Shown: positions 23,652 through 36,788 of the stretch, piece by piece
How the letters are laid out: each line of letters opens with the position of its first letter
Numbering within the stretch: the first letter of the stretch is position 1
From: Dipteris shenzhenensis
Taxonomy: Eukaryota
Assembly (NCBI GenBank): GCA_047967505.1
Contig: CM106538.1
Strand: one strand, 5' to 3'
Length of the DNA stretch: 64,000 nucleotides
Notes under the pieces: model-generated
Told to the model about the DNA's origin: nothing
The model's input: the letters and a program-made list of their open reading frames with translations, nothing else
The model's database searches: none
Position numbers and translations under genes: made by a program

Positions 23652-26600
23652 TCACGGAGGGATAAGGCGAGTGTGAATGAACAGCCAGAGAGGTGGTGAG
23701 TAGCGCCACTGAAGGCCCTGCGAAGCCTGCTCGAAGAAGAGGCCCTGTGTGTCCCAAACCCGGAGGAAACGTCTCCGCTTCTCCCGACCGGCCCGGGAGT
23801 CCCCCTGTATCTGGTCCCACTGGCCTCTGAGGGTGTGTATAATCTCACTCCAGATGTCAGTCATGATCTGGGCAGTCGATAAGGAGGTGCCACCGAGGAT
23901 CTGCGCGCAGCGTGAGGTCCAAATGTGCCATCCTGCGATGCTGCTAATAATCTCCCAGACTGGCTGCCTCTCCTGAGCTCCTGTGCCAGCCTCTGCCAGG
24001 TGCTGCGGGATACTCTCGAGCGGCCCCCACGTCCCCTGTGTGATAAGGAATGTGGGGTCCTGCTGACATGCCTCGAATAAGTGATGAAAACCAGGTGCGG
24101 TGCTGCACTAGCAGAACGCGCCCCAAGTGATCAATCCTAGCTCCGGTGTTGCGCGAGTAAGGATCCCGAAAGTCCACCTCCACACTTCCTGGGCGTGAGT
24201 GCAACTCCATAGGCAGTGTTTTGGTGACTCCTCGTCCTCATGACAGATCTGACAACGTTCGTCCTGGCCTATTTGCCGCAACCAGCTCCCCACTGGAAGA
24301 CCTTTGTGGGCAAGAAGCCACAGGAAGTAGGAGATCTTCCGCGGCCGCCAGCTCTCCCACAAGGCCTGCAAAAAGAACCTGGAAATACCCTGTGCATACC
24401 AACTGGGCCGTTGGGTGGGAGGGCGGCTCTGCATCCTCCCGAGAACTCGCCTGCCCAATGTCGTGCTGTAGGCAAAGAAAGAGGTCGGCCCCTGACCTGG
24501 TCACAATCTCTGGCCATCTCCACTCTCTTGGGTCCCAATCAAGCTCTGACAAGGCCCGCCCCTCCCAGAGCTAGAGTCGCCAAAGCTGCAGCTGATCCTG
24601 CTCTATGCTAGGATTGGTCCGCCAAACCTTCCCCACGAAGCCTACAATCCAAACCCTCTGCCATGGGAGTAGGGGGTTGATGAGCACATCCTCTCTCCTG
24701 AGTCGTCCATCCCCCATAACCGCGAAGAAGGAAACAGAGGAGTCGTCCATCCGCCCTACGACCACCAGTGGGATGCCACGGGGGGTGAACTGTCCCAGCC
24801 AATGGTCATCACCAGGCATGAGGATCTGAAGCTCAGGTGGAACCAACCAATCAGCTGGAATCACGCCGTCAATCTCCGTACGTCTCGCCTGGGCTCCACG
24901 GGCACCTCCAGCTACGTTTGCAAGATCAGCCGTCTCCAAATGTCTGTACGTGTCCCTCCAAACTCGAAGGGACCGGGCTGGCCCCCGCATCCAGCCGTCC
25001 CACCTGATGTGTGATCTCTCCCCCAACAGAAGGCCCTCGGCATCTCTGACCTGATCGTTCCAGATAAGTGGCTGGCGATCGATCTCCTCCTGACAGCTAG
25101 GAGGGGACTGAATGAGACTGAGGCGGAGCCGCCTCCAAACCATGAGGAGGCTACGAACGAGTGGGGAGCGGGGCTGAGTGAGCGGGGCAGAAGTGAAGAT
25201 CCACCTGAGGGACAGTAGCCACTCTCCACCTCGGCGCGGGACACAAGAACCGACCCCCTGCTGAAGTAACATCTTCCACGTTTGCCCCCCCGGGGTCAAA
25301 CCGCGGACAACTAGCTTGCCTAACAGGGCCTGACTCTGAAGCTCTGGATCGATGACCCCCCAGGCCACCCTCAGCCTGCGGAAGAATGACTGTCTGCCAA
25401 GCAACCCTGGCTCTGGTATCTCTGAGGCCATCCTCCTCGGACCATAGGAAGTTCCGAACCAACCTCCTAAGCTGTGCCACGCTGGATCTCGAGAAACACC
25501 AATAGGAAGCCACATACCAAGCCGTGGCTAGGAGGACCTGGTTGACTACCAGGGCACGACCTACAAGGGAGAGCTTAGCAGTGCTCCAGAAAGCCAGCTT
25601 CCGTCGGATGGAATCTAGCACCGGGAGAAACTACTGAGCTGGCGTGATATCCAGGCCGACCTGAAAACCGAGATATCTAGCTGTCTGTCCCCGCGGGATC
25701 CACCTGAAACCCAAAAACCTCCTCCACTGAGAGCACGCCCCGGGGTCTGTGAGAAAACCAACTGATTTGTTCCAGTTGATTTTCGCACCGGTAGTCGAAC
25801 AGAAGACCTCTAGGGCCATCCTCACCCTCTCCAACATCATCTCATCATCCTGTACATATAGTGCTGTGTCATCCGCGTACTCCGAGTCCAGGAGCTCCGT
25901 GTCCTCCCGGAGTGGAAGGCGAACACCCCTGATCCCAGTAGACCTCGCCCGAAGGTAGTATGTCATAGCCTCAGCAAAGAAGAGAAACAAGTAAGGAGCA
26001 AGGGGGCAGCCCTGACGCACTGATCTCTCCAGACGAAAACGCTCACCCATCCTACCGCCAATGATGACCCTGCTAGAAGCTGTCCTGTACTACGCTGAAA
26101 TACCCTGAATCCATCCTGCTGGGAAACCTAGTCGCTCCAGAGTCCCCTCCAGAAAGGACCAGTCCACTCGATCGTAGGCCTTCTCAAAGTCGAGAAGTAG
26201 GATGGCTAGGTGTGACCCACTGTGCTGAGCCCACTCCGCCGCCTCTGAGAAGGTGAAGACATTATCCAGGATACTGCGATCCTAGACAAAGCCTATGTGA
26301 GTGTCATGAATGAGGTCTGGAAGTAGAGGCCGAACTCTGGCGCTGATCATCTTGGCAAGGATTTTGTAGGCAGTGGTAAGGAGGGTGATCGGGCGCCACT
26401 GACGGATCTCCTGTCTATCTCCTCGCTTCGGGATGAGGCAAATCAGTCCCGAGGAGAGGCTCTCTGGCATATAACTGCTGCTGAAAATCCTCTGAAGAGC
26501 TGCTAGGAGGGGCTGATGGATCTGATCCCAGAAGGAGGTGAAGAATGCCCGGGATAGCCCATCCTCGCCCGGGCATTTCTGCCCGTCGATGGCCATCAAG

Positions 26601-28030
26601 GCCTCCAACATCTCGTCCGTAGTGAACGGTGCCAACGTCGCCTGCATGCTGGGCTGGACCAGGGATGGAATGTGCCTCCACACCTCCTCACGGGAGCGTC
26701 GAGTGCGAGGGGCAAGCGGCTCCTACTGGAAAAGAGTCCTGTAGAAGTCGGTAGCCAACCCCAAGACCTCACCCGGATCCGTAACAATGTGCCCCCCCGC
26801 TGTCTTGAGACTCCGAAGCTGATCACTTGTGCTGCTCTCTGACCATGCGTCCTGAAGAACTCCCTGCACATCCGGTCACCCTTCCGAGCCCAGAAGGAGA
26901 GAGAGGCATGATAGGAAAACTCTGAACGGCGCTGGAGGGTCTCCTCAAGAAGGGCTCTGGCTCGAAGGGCCTGAATCCGAAGCTCCTCCGAGCCCGGGGC
27001 TGCCTGCTGGAGTCGCTGAATGGAGGCGAGGTCCCTCCGAAGAGCTCTCTCTCTGCCCCACCACTCCTGTCGAACCTGTAGGACTGCGAGTTGGCAAATC
27101 TGGCTGGACTCCTGCAAAGCCTGCGCCACCGAATCAACCAGATCCACGCACTCGCCCCAATCTCTGTCCCATAGATTGCATATACTGTTGCGCACGTCCT
27201 TCCTCGAGAAAATGGAGTCGGGAATCTGGCATGAACGGGGGGGAAGGGCTTGAACTGCTGAGTCTAATGATAAGAGCACAGGCGCATGGTCGGAAAGTGT
27301 CGTCCCTGGAACTATACCCACCTGACTGCCTTTGTTGATGGCCCAATCACTGACATAAAATCTATCCAGCCTCTCCAGGAGTCTGCCTCCTTCCCTGCGG
27401 AAGTCCCACGAGAAGTCCAAGCTCCCGTGCCAACGACGGAAGGACGGGTCTCTCCAACTGTCCCTACCTCCTGTCGTGAAGATAAATGAGTCCCAAGCGG
27501 ACTGCTCTGCCTGAGACATACCTGTAAACTCCGGTCCTCTGCCCTACTGGTCCTCCAAGGTCTCCAGATTGTTGAAGTCACCTCCAACAATCCAGGAATC
27601 CGTCTGGGAGAATCCCTGTAAGTGTCCTCCAGAAGGTGGCTCTGCAATGGAGGTCTGTGGGAGCATAAATGTTGAGGATTCCTATTCTGGAACCCTCCAG
27701 TTCCAGGCCTACCCAAAGGGCACGGCCTGGGATCAACGTGCCATGACCGAAAACTCCCTGGGCTAGCTGCTCGCACACGGAAGTACAAACACCTCCACTC
27801 CTCCCTTGTGCGCCGATCGAGGGCTCCCAATAAGTGTGAGAACGTCTAGGGAGAATCTTCCCGCAGCTACGGGAGTGAGCCGCAGAAAGCTTGTGCTCCT
27901 GGAGCAGAAGTACATCCAAACGACCAATCACTGCTGGCTGAAGTTCCTGTCTCAAAATGAGCTTCCTAGGACCACGGGTGCCAGAAGAATGAAACCCGTT
28001 CACATTCCAGAATACAAGGTGTAGGCTCAT
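23652..28030 (-). pseudogene. LINE ORF2 (APE endonuclease, reverse transcriptase, zf-RVT), several stops and frameshifts
   Basis: WNVNG..LQEHK..NIYAP..RLDRFYVS..SDHAPV (APE); KCPGEDG, WRPITLL..YKILAK, LDFEKAYDRVDW, VRQGCPLAPYLF, YADD, YLG (RT); CQICHEDEESPKHCLWSC (zf-RVT). Confidence 0.95.
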
Positions 28031-30100
28031 GGTGAGGACTGGGAGGCTGCGAACAACTGTCTGCTCGCGGTCGAAGTCGATGAAGAAGCTGACATTTCGG
28101 AGTGGAGGCGCTGACGCTTATGAGAAGGTTTGGAGGGGGAGGCAGGGTCGTCCTGCCCGTTCTTCAACACCTTTAGCAAAGGCGAGAGGCCTTTGGTGCC
28201 ATGAGCAAATGCTTTCTCGAGCCAGCTCGAGATCTCTGAAGTAGTCATCCCGTAGAAGGCTCGGAGTTTCTGAGGGGTCCAGGCTCTGACATCCTAGGGG
28301 AGGGGCCATGACAGGGGGGGCCTGAGGATCACAATCAGTTTGAAGCGTTTGGCGGCGCAACGCCACCGCAGGCGCACGTCACCCTCAGACCACTGAGTCT
28401 CGAGAAGCTGCCCACCGGACGGGCCTATCCAGGAGCAAACCTGAGCGTGCGTCTGCTCTCTGAGAGCCTCCCAGACCGAGTCGTCTGTCCAAGTCTCGGT
28501 GTCGTCGCTGAGGAACGTGAAAGCAAAGCTAGGGCCATCCCTAGGGGCCAAGGCGGCTATCTTCCCATCCGCCCCTTTGCGGAGCAGGAAGATACTGATG
28601 TCGAGACAAGCAAGGAAGGTCCCGAGATCGGCCACATCCAAGTAGTCCCGGGGGCCAGATCTGTAAAAGTCGCGAGGAAGCTCTCTCTCCTGAAGCTGAG
28701 GCCCACCAGAGTCTGCCACTGAGGGGCAGGGAAGCCTGCTCCAGTGGTGGTGTAGACTCAGGGTGTCTTGCCAGTGGAGGGGGAGGGGGAGGAGGCTGGG
28801 GGGTAGGCGACTTGACTCCACGGAGGCGACTAGCGGAGGAGGTGGAGGAGGGGGAGCGGGGGCTGCCCTCGGCTGAGGAGCCGTCGGTGCAGCTAACCCT
28901 GCAGGAGAGCTGAGAGAGGCCGGGGGGGGGGGGGGGGGATGGGGATGCATCTGGAACTGGGGCTGAGCAGGAGGAGGAGGAGACTGAGGAGGAAGAGGCG
29001 GGGGCTGAAGCTGCGGGTCGGGAGAAGGGGGGTGCAACTGGGGAAGGGGCTGGGACTGAGTGGAAAGGGACTGGGGAGCGGAAGAGAGGGGGACCTGAGG
29101 CTGTGAAGGGCGCGGGCTACCGTCGAAGAAGAAGCTCTCCCAGGTCCCTGGGCGGCTGCCTGTCAGGTCTCTGAGGTGCTACTGCAGGTTGGGTAACCTC
29201 TGCCTCCTTACCTTTATCAGAAATCTTCTTGTTCTTTCCTCTTTTCCTTCTAACCTCAGTCCAACCGCCAACTAACTCTGGACCGGACTCCGGCTGCCTC
29301 TGCTCCTCCTGACGTGGCTGCCCGGAGGGGAGGGGAGGGGAGGGGGCGGAGGGGGAGGTCGAGAAGAGCTGGCGAATCGTGGACAAACAGCCGCCAAGTG
29401 CCCAAAGCCGTGACACCTCAGGCACTGGCCTGGTTGTCCAGTGACTACCATGCTCTGGGTGATGATGCCGGCATCTGTCACGATCTCGATCACTGCAAGG
29501 AGAGTCGCAGGATCCGCCACAGCCACACGGACTCGGGGGGCTCCTACCGTAGTCACCGCGTCGGCGAAAGTGTCGTGCATAACCCAGCCAAAGTCGGAGC
29601 CCAGGTCCCTGACAATCGGCCGCAGCTCAGCAGCAAGACCTGGAAAAACTAGCGTCACTGGATGGTGAGGTATACGGAACCGAGCATCAAAATCCGCTGC
29701 GCTGAATCCACGGTACCACGGGACTATCATAATAATCTTTCCATCCACCGACGTGGGGGAACCAACAATCAGGTTGCTCGCAGCTTTCGCATGGGAGAGT
29801 TTGAGCCAGAAGATGCCCCTTCCCATAAGGGCCACCTCCTCAATATGGCCGTCCTCTAGCATGAGTGGACTAGCATGAGTGGACTGGAGCCAGACAGTCC
29901 CTGATGGCTGATCTGGAGGGGGAATGTCCAATGACTCTGCCATAAACAGAGGTAAGGGCAAAGTCATTGGCAACCTCCTGAACCCGAGACGATTGTTGCT
30001 CTATCAGGATGACGCAGTAGGCATTTGGAGAGGGAGGGTCCGCCACCGACTGGGCCTCCGGTTCCGCAGGCAGGGAGCCGCCATACCGCCAAGACAAACT
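28027..30100 (-). pseudogene. LINE ORF1 (DUF4283 + CX2CX4HX4C zinc knuckle + Pro-rich region), frameshifted
   Basis: VYGRVIGHSPSRSAIRD, MGRGIFWLKL, PWYRGF, CLRCHGFGHLAAVC. A small duplication (CTAGCATGAGTGGA x2, 29856-29883) breaks the frame. The ORF1 stop overlaps the ORF2 start (ATGA at 28030-28027). Confidence 0.85.
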
Positions 30101-30184
30101 GCGAGGCTTCCGATGAAGACGAGGCTGCCACCCAGAAAAGGGGGGATAGATGCGGGAGGGTGGAGCCTGGGTGTGAAGAAGACG

Positions 30185-30813
30185 GGTGAGGAACGGGGGC
30201 GGGAGGCCGGGAGGCGGAGGTGGCGCGGGGTGGGGGGGTGAGGACGGAGAGCGGGTGAGGTGAGGAGGTGGGAGTGGGGGAGGGGCGGGGCGGGGCGGGA
30301 GGGCGGGAGGGGGCGGGGTGGAAGGGCGGGGCGGAAGGGGCGGGGCGGAGCGGAAGGGCGGGAGGGGCGGGGCGGAAGGGTGGGGTGGAGGGGGCGGGGG
30401 CGGAGCGGAAGGGCGGGAGGGGCGGGGGCGGTGTAGCGAGGGGAGGGGGGTGAAGCGGGGGAGGAGCGGAGTGAGACGGCGGGGCGGTGAAGTGAGGGGG
30501 CGGGGGGTGAGGCGGAACGGCGAGGGGGGGGGTGAGGCGTAGCGAGGGGGGGTAGCGTGAGACGGGGTGAGGCGGAGGGGCGAGGGGGTGAGGGAGCGGA
30601 GAGGCGAGGGGTGAGGCGGAGAGGTGAGGGGTGAGAGCGGAGGGGGGCGAGGGGGTGAGAGCAGAGGGCGAGGGGGCGCGGCGGCAGCGGCGAGGTGAGG
30701 CGGCGGGTGAGGGGGGGGGTGAGGGCGGAGAGGCAGGGGGGTGGGGGTGGTCGAGGCGGGGAGGAGCTAGGGGAGGTAGAGGTTGCAGGAGGGGAGGGGA
30801 GGCTCGCAGGAGC
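30185..30813 (-). repeat. Extremely G-skewed low-complexity 5' UTR of the LINE (GGGGC / GGGGTGAG arrays)
   Basis: About 630 bp dominated by G runs on the plus strand, CpG-rich. Confidence 0.9.
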
Positions 30814-30842
30814 ACGCTTTTGGGCTTATACTTAGAAAGCAT

Positions 30843-31560
30843 GTTGGCATACGGGATTGCATCCAACCAAAACTTGTTGGACAAAGAGTTACCCTTAAGC
30901 ATACACGTGGCCGTTTCCATAAAAGTTCGATTCTTCTGCTTTGCAACTCCATTTTTGGTGTGGAGTGTATGGCACTGTGCACTGATGTATAATGCCCTGG
31001 GCTGCTAAAAAATCAAAAAATTCATAGGACATGTACTTACCCCATGTGTCAGTGTGGAGGGTTAGGAGCTCATTTCCACTATCATTTTCAGAAGAAAGAG
31101 TAGCCCCTAAGAGATGCTGTCCAAATCAGTCTGCATAAATCTCTATGTACTAAGTGCAACTTCCTAGATGCACCAACAGTCCCATCCTTGGGAAAGGAAA
31201 ACTGATGTATTTTGCCCAACAAGCAGCCCTCATAGACCCCAACAAGCAGCAACTGATGTATTTTGCCCAACAAGCAGCCCTCATAGACCCCAACAAGCAG
31301 CCCTCACAAACATGTTTGGAAAGCACATGCATTCACGGAAGGTCTACCATCATGTCGTCAGCATTTTGACTAGACTACCATAGTTGAGGTTTCCCAATCT
31401 CTCATGCCATAGATGTGTATCAACAATTACAGATTCAGCTGATGCATTTGCTTCTATAAAAGCCCCTTTGTCATAAGCATTGAGATGTACAGACCTCAGG
31501 AAAGTGTTTGAATAAGTATTATGTTGCTTTATCATGCCGGTAGACATACATGGCACAATG
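30843..31560 (-). mobile_element. Copia element A, 5' part (GAG-pre-integrase and partial integrase)
   Basis: LWHERLGNLNYGSL, VCEGCLLGKIHQFSFPK..KLHLVHRDLC, METATCMLKGNSLSNKFWLDAIPYAN, which continues on the far side of the LINE. Contains a 51-bp tandem duplication at 31200-31301. Confidence 0.88.
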
Positions 31561-31679
31561 ATAACCATTAAAAATGACCTTGAAAGCCATTTGTAGAGAT
31601 GGTTGATATAAAATCAGATAACATACAAAACTTTAAGACCGTGACTGTAACTCTCGAGATATAAGTGACTTCCACGTGA

Positions 31680-34390
31680 TGACCCTCCAATGAAAGATGA
31701 AGATCAGCAAATAAACGACGTAGCCAAACATGTTCAACTGTCGCTGTGAAAGCTGCCCTGTACTCAGCTTCACATGAGGAGGTAGCCACCATAGACTGTT
31801 TCTTGCTCAACTAAGAAATGCAAGCATGTCCTAGAAACAATTCCCAGTGGTGGACTGCCTAGTATCATAGTCTCCAGCCCAATCTGAGTCACTGTAAGCA
31901 TGCATCTGCAAGTCACCCCCCCTGGGAAACATCAAACCAAAAGACTTTGTACCTTGCAAGTAATGGAAGATGCATTTTACAGCTTGCCAATGCATAATCT
32001 TTGGGCTGTGCATATACCTGCTCACCTGAGAAACTGAAAACTGAATATCAGGTCGTGTATTGCAGAGATAAATGAGGCATCCAACAGCGTGACTATAGAG
32101 TGTGACATCAATCGATTCACCCACATCATGCATTGTAAGCTTCAGCCCCGGCTCCATGGGAGTGGACATAGGCTTGCAATCATGCATGTTGAATCTGTCA
32201 AAGAGCTTTTGAACATACTTGGACTGAGACATAACAATGCCACATTTCTCTTAAATAAACTGGATCTCCAAAAAGAAATGTAACAAGCCCAAGTCTGACA
32301 TATCAAATGTAGCTTTCAATTGGGCCTTGAAATCTGCAATTACTTCCTCATTTGATCCGGTGAGCAGCATGTCATCTACATAAAGAATGATGACCAGAAT
32401 GTCCCCCCCATCCTTCTTGATGTAGAGGGTGCTCTCAGTTGGACTATTGTGCAGCCCCTTGCTAGTCAAAAAGGCATCAATTTTGGCATACCATGCACGT
32501 GGGGCTTGTTTCAGCCCATACAAAGCTTTATATAGCTTGCATACCTGAAGTGCATTTCCTGAAATTTCAAAGTCCAGAGGTTGTTTGACACAAACCTCTT
32601 CCAACAAGTCTCCATTAAGGAAAGCTGTTCTTTTGCAGCTAGCCTTGCCTTGTACCGATCAATGGACCCATTTGGCTTTCTTTCGACTTTGAAAACCCAC
32701 CATGTACCTATGGCATTCTTACCTGGTGGCAAATCCACAACATCCTAAGTCTGATTTTTATGAATGGACTGCAACTCATCGTGCATGGCATTCATCCAAT
32801 GCACATTATCTTTTGCTTCTTCAAATGTCTCAGGCTCCTCCTCATCAAGAAGAGTACTTGCATAAGTTGATTCAACTGAATGAGCTCCCTCCATGTGCCT
32901 TATTGCACTACGAGTTCTGCCAGGCAATGGAGCTTCAAGCCTACTCTCCTTGAGAGTCTGAAGCAGCCAATGCGGGACTCTTTTGGCTACGTGTATCTCT
33001 TGAATTTCTTGCCTGACAACTTCGTCCACATCGTGAGGTTGTACCAATTCAGCTGGGGGCTGAATCTGTACTTGTGGAGCTGGTGGAGGTTGCTGTAAAT
33101 TTTGATTTTCAGGGGGGGAACCAAATGCTATAGGAAGCATCCCCTCAAACACATCATCTGAAGAGGCCGGAATCTGAAATTCAGCATTTGTATGTGTAGA
33201 ATTTTCAGAGAATATGACATCTCTACTGACAAAAATCTTGCGCGTAGCAGGATTGTAGAGACGATAGCCTTTGCTTTGTGAACTATATCTCACAAAAATG
33301 CATTTTAGTGCCTTATCTGACAACTTGTGTTTGAACTCCACAGGTACGTGGGCATATGCAACATAACCAAAAACTCTGAAGTGGTCCACTGAAGGCTTTC
33401 TCCCATGCCATGCCTCATAGGGAGTGATTGTCTCCAAAGCCTTTGTAGGAGCCTGATTTAAAATATAGTTTGCACATATGAGGCCTTCAGCCAAAACCTG
33501 TGAGGCAACTTCTTACTTGTGAGCATGCATCTATCCATTTCCATGGTGGTGCGATTCTTCCGCTCAGCTTTGCCATTCTGTTGAGGTGTAAGCCTCACTG
33601 TAAGCTGATGCATAATGCCTTTTTCTTTCAAAAATGTCTCAAATTCATGAGACATGTACTCCACCCCCTCGATCTATGCGAAGTGTCTGCACCTTGAGTC
33701 CTGTCTCATTTTCAACCATAGCCATAAAGTGTTTGAAATGCATAAACACTTCTGATTTTGCCTTGAGACCATAGATCCAAGTGTAGCTGGTAAAGTCATC
33801 TATGAATGTAACAAAATAGAGATAACCCCCAAAAGTAGGTATCCTCATGGGACCCCAGACGTCACTGTGAATAAGCTGCAATTTTCTTGTAGCTTTCACT
33901 ACACCATCCTTCTTGAAGGGAAGCCTATGCATTTTGCCAAGAATGCAACCTTCACATGCATGAGGAGGAGGTAATGCATCAACCATATCATGCCTTTGAA
34001 GTGTCATTAAGCTGCCATAGCTCATGTGCCCATCCCTGGCATGCCATAACTCCACATTGTGCATCGCAGCAGTGGGAGTGCTAACAGATAATGCAAGATG
34101 GGATCTTTTTTCATATAAATTAAGCTGAAAAAGACCCCGATACAAAGTGCCAGACAACCTCAAAGCAAGATGGGATCTTTTTTCATATAAATTAAGCTGA
34201 AAAAGACCCCGATACAAAGTGCCAGACAATTTTCTTTGTCTCTGACTGCACACTTGTCATCATAAAAAACAACTTGAAATCCTCCTCTATTGAGTGAGGA
34301 CACTTCTTCTTTATACCTGGCACATAAAGTACTTCTGAAATTCTGAAATTTGTGCCATCAGTGGATGTGAGAATAATATCTCCCATTGGT
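31680..34390 (-). mobile_element. Copia element B pol (GAG-pre-integrase, integrase, RT, RNase H), frameshifted
   Basis: LWHARDGHMSY, CEGCILGKMHR, IHSDVWGP, FIDDFT, TPQQNGKAERKNRT, WVFKVERKPNGSIDRYKARL, LYGLKQAPRAWY, LYVDDML, TRPDI, YSDSDWAGD, SSCEAEYRAA. In-frame 72-bp duplication at ~34093-34229. Confidence 0.95.
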
Positions 34391-34599
34391 GGGTTGACCC
34401 AATCGCCGGCTTATATCACATTGCTGAGCAAACTTTATGGCATCTTATTCGCCACCGGAGTCCACATGCAGGACCTTTCTGCCAGAGTGATGTTGTCGAG
34501 AAAGTGTCCACTAGAGATTCCTTGCTGTGCTTCACGCAAGATGGCCTCTGTTTCATGTAGTAGGTGCACAACACCGAAGAATTGTATCAAATGCTGATG

Positions 34600-34975
34600 T
34601 GGTAGAGCTGTCCTACGATGATGTAGGATCTACGGCTTTGCAGGGCAAGCTTCTTGCATCGGTCATGTGATAAATGATTGCCCACGATTTCGGTATACAC
34701 AAAATGGAACATGTCTCAGCCTCTACCTTAAACAACTTTGCATCCGGGAAATCATCGATAAATAAGTCTCCAGTTGGGAGAGGTAGTCCGTTATCGAATG
34801 TGTGGAACCCGGAGTATGCATAGCAGTAAAATACAAGAATCTCCAGTCGGGAGAGGGGTTTTGTGGTGAAAAAGATCTTGGACATATGAATTCGATGCTC
34901 TGAAAGATGGTTCTACAAGAGTATCGTCTTGCCCTGTTTGTTATAGCAATTTCGAACAATCTAACAAGAGGGGTT
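34600..34975 (-). mobile_element. Highly degenerate Gypsy RNase H/integrase linker fragment
   Basis: FEIAITN..GKTILL*NHLS and IDDFPDAKLFKVEA resemble FDFTIAVDKGKTHMIANHLSR (~56485-56547) and VEDEFPDAEL (~40010) in the Gypsy elements of this window. Confidence 0.5.
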
Positions 34976-35982
34976 CATCCTCCTCATCTTCATCAAATTT
35001 GTCAATCATGTTGACGCCTTCTACCATCTATGGGCAAAGGTGGGTATTCGCTTCTCCTCTCTCTCCCCCGCCCTCCTTGATTCGCATTAACCTAATCGCC
35101 AATTAACCTGTTCATCCTGGCTATCCCGTCAACCTCCCTTCGCTCCCACTCTCTCTCTCTTTCCCTCCGGAGACTCAGCCCCCACCTCTGCCTCTCCCTC
35201 CTTACCATCTCCCTCCCATCTCTCCCACTTCTCCTATTTCGTGGAAAACCTTTTCATAGGCCTTCCTCCTCCTCTACCTTGCTCTGGTATTTACAAGAGC
35301 ACCCTGCCCTGGTATTTATAAGAGGAAGCAGAAGCTTCGCTTCTGGAGAGAGCAAAAGCTTCTGCAAGAAGCTACCCGGTTCTCGATTTGAATTCTACCT
35401 TACATTAATGGATTTCAAAATTCACGCTGCGACCGCCGCCATCGGCTTATTAGTCACATACGTTTTGAACTCCTTTTTACCTTTGCAAAATGGTGATTTG
35501 TCAGACTCGAGCCTGTCAGAGGCCATAGCCTTGTAAAAACCCGCTTAATATCTTCCATCCGTAAGACGTCTATAACAATAACACATTGGGAAATAGGGTG
35601 GCACCATACTCGATGCTCTTAACCTCAAGGTGCTATTTTTCCACACTCTGGACAACCATTGATGTGACATTTCCTTTATAGCATGTCTCATTTTCCCTTG
35701 GATCATTATGTCATGCATTATAGGAAAAACATCCTAATTAGGCTCTTCCAAGGGAAAAGCATCCAAAATAGCCATCATTATTTCCCCCCTTTTTCCCCTC
35801 CATGACATAAGCCTGTTAAGCAGGGATGGTGCACTTCTGAGAACGTGGGTCCCAGAGCTGACATGTGGCCTAGCCGTCGCACAGGGGGCAATCACCGTAG
35901 TTCATGAGATGTGGCATGGGACGTGACATGTGGCGGTGCATTGGGTGGCATGCGAGGCCCAATTAGACTCAGGACTCAGCGG

Positions 35983-35986
<4 letters not shown>

Positions 35987-36050
<64 letters not shown>

Positions 36051-36155
36051 CAAACATTAAATTCTATATATATAGACATAAATATGTGTATATTTATAGA
36101 GAAATACATAAATAAATAAAATTATACACTTTTTTTTTTTGGTGAAGATAAATAA

Positions 36156-36201
<46 letters not shown>

Positions 36202-36330
36202 GAGAGAGAGAGAGACAGAGAGAGACAGAGAGGAGTGTATATATTTATATTTATATACATACATACATACATGCATGCGCGCGCGCACACACACACATAT
36301 ATGGAGAGAGAGAGGCAGGGGGGAAGAGAA

Positions 36331-36368
<38 letters not shown>

Positions 36369-36746
36369 GAGGTATATGCTTAGTTTGGTTGTGACTGCTA
36401 TTACTTTAAGCATTGTCTCTAGAAATTTTGCGAGGACAACAAACTTGCATAATGTGTTGCTTAATATTCTTGAGTTAAAGTGAAAGTTTCTACCTTTGAA
36501 TTAGGCAATTATGTTTATGTCAATGTAAGTGGCCAAGCATTGTGGCTTGAGTTGATGTTATGCTTGAGATGCATAAAGTGTGGTTGAAATGCTTGAGATG
36601 ATGCTAGAGGGTTTGAAAAGCAAACACCTCAAACTCTTTATAACTAGTTTGTTGATGTGTCAACTATTCCCACCTGGTGACATGTCCCTCTCCTATATAA
36701 TGCCTCCTTTTAATAGTAGAGGTTGCAAGGAGGGGTGCCATGTGGA

Positions 36747-36788
<42 letters not shown>

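Larger units (their letters stand above)
23522..30842 (-). mobile_element. Full-length L1-clade LINE (~7.3 kb), ORFs disrupted, 16-bp TSD
   Basis: TSD GTTGGCATACGGGATT at 23506-23521 and 30843-30858; short poly(A) seen as a T run at 23520-23527; ORF1 and ORF2 domains in canonical order; GC-rich 5' UTR. Confidence 0.95.

Noticed and set aside
29964-30920. 318-aa Pro-rich 'extensin-like' ORF
   Set aside because: Chimeric read-through from Copia integrase (METATCML..PYAN) into the C-rich LINE 5' UTR; it lacks stops because of low complexity.
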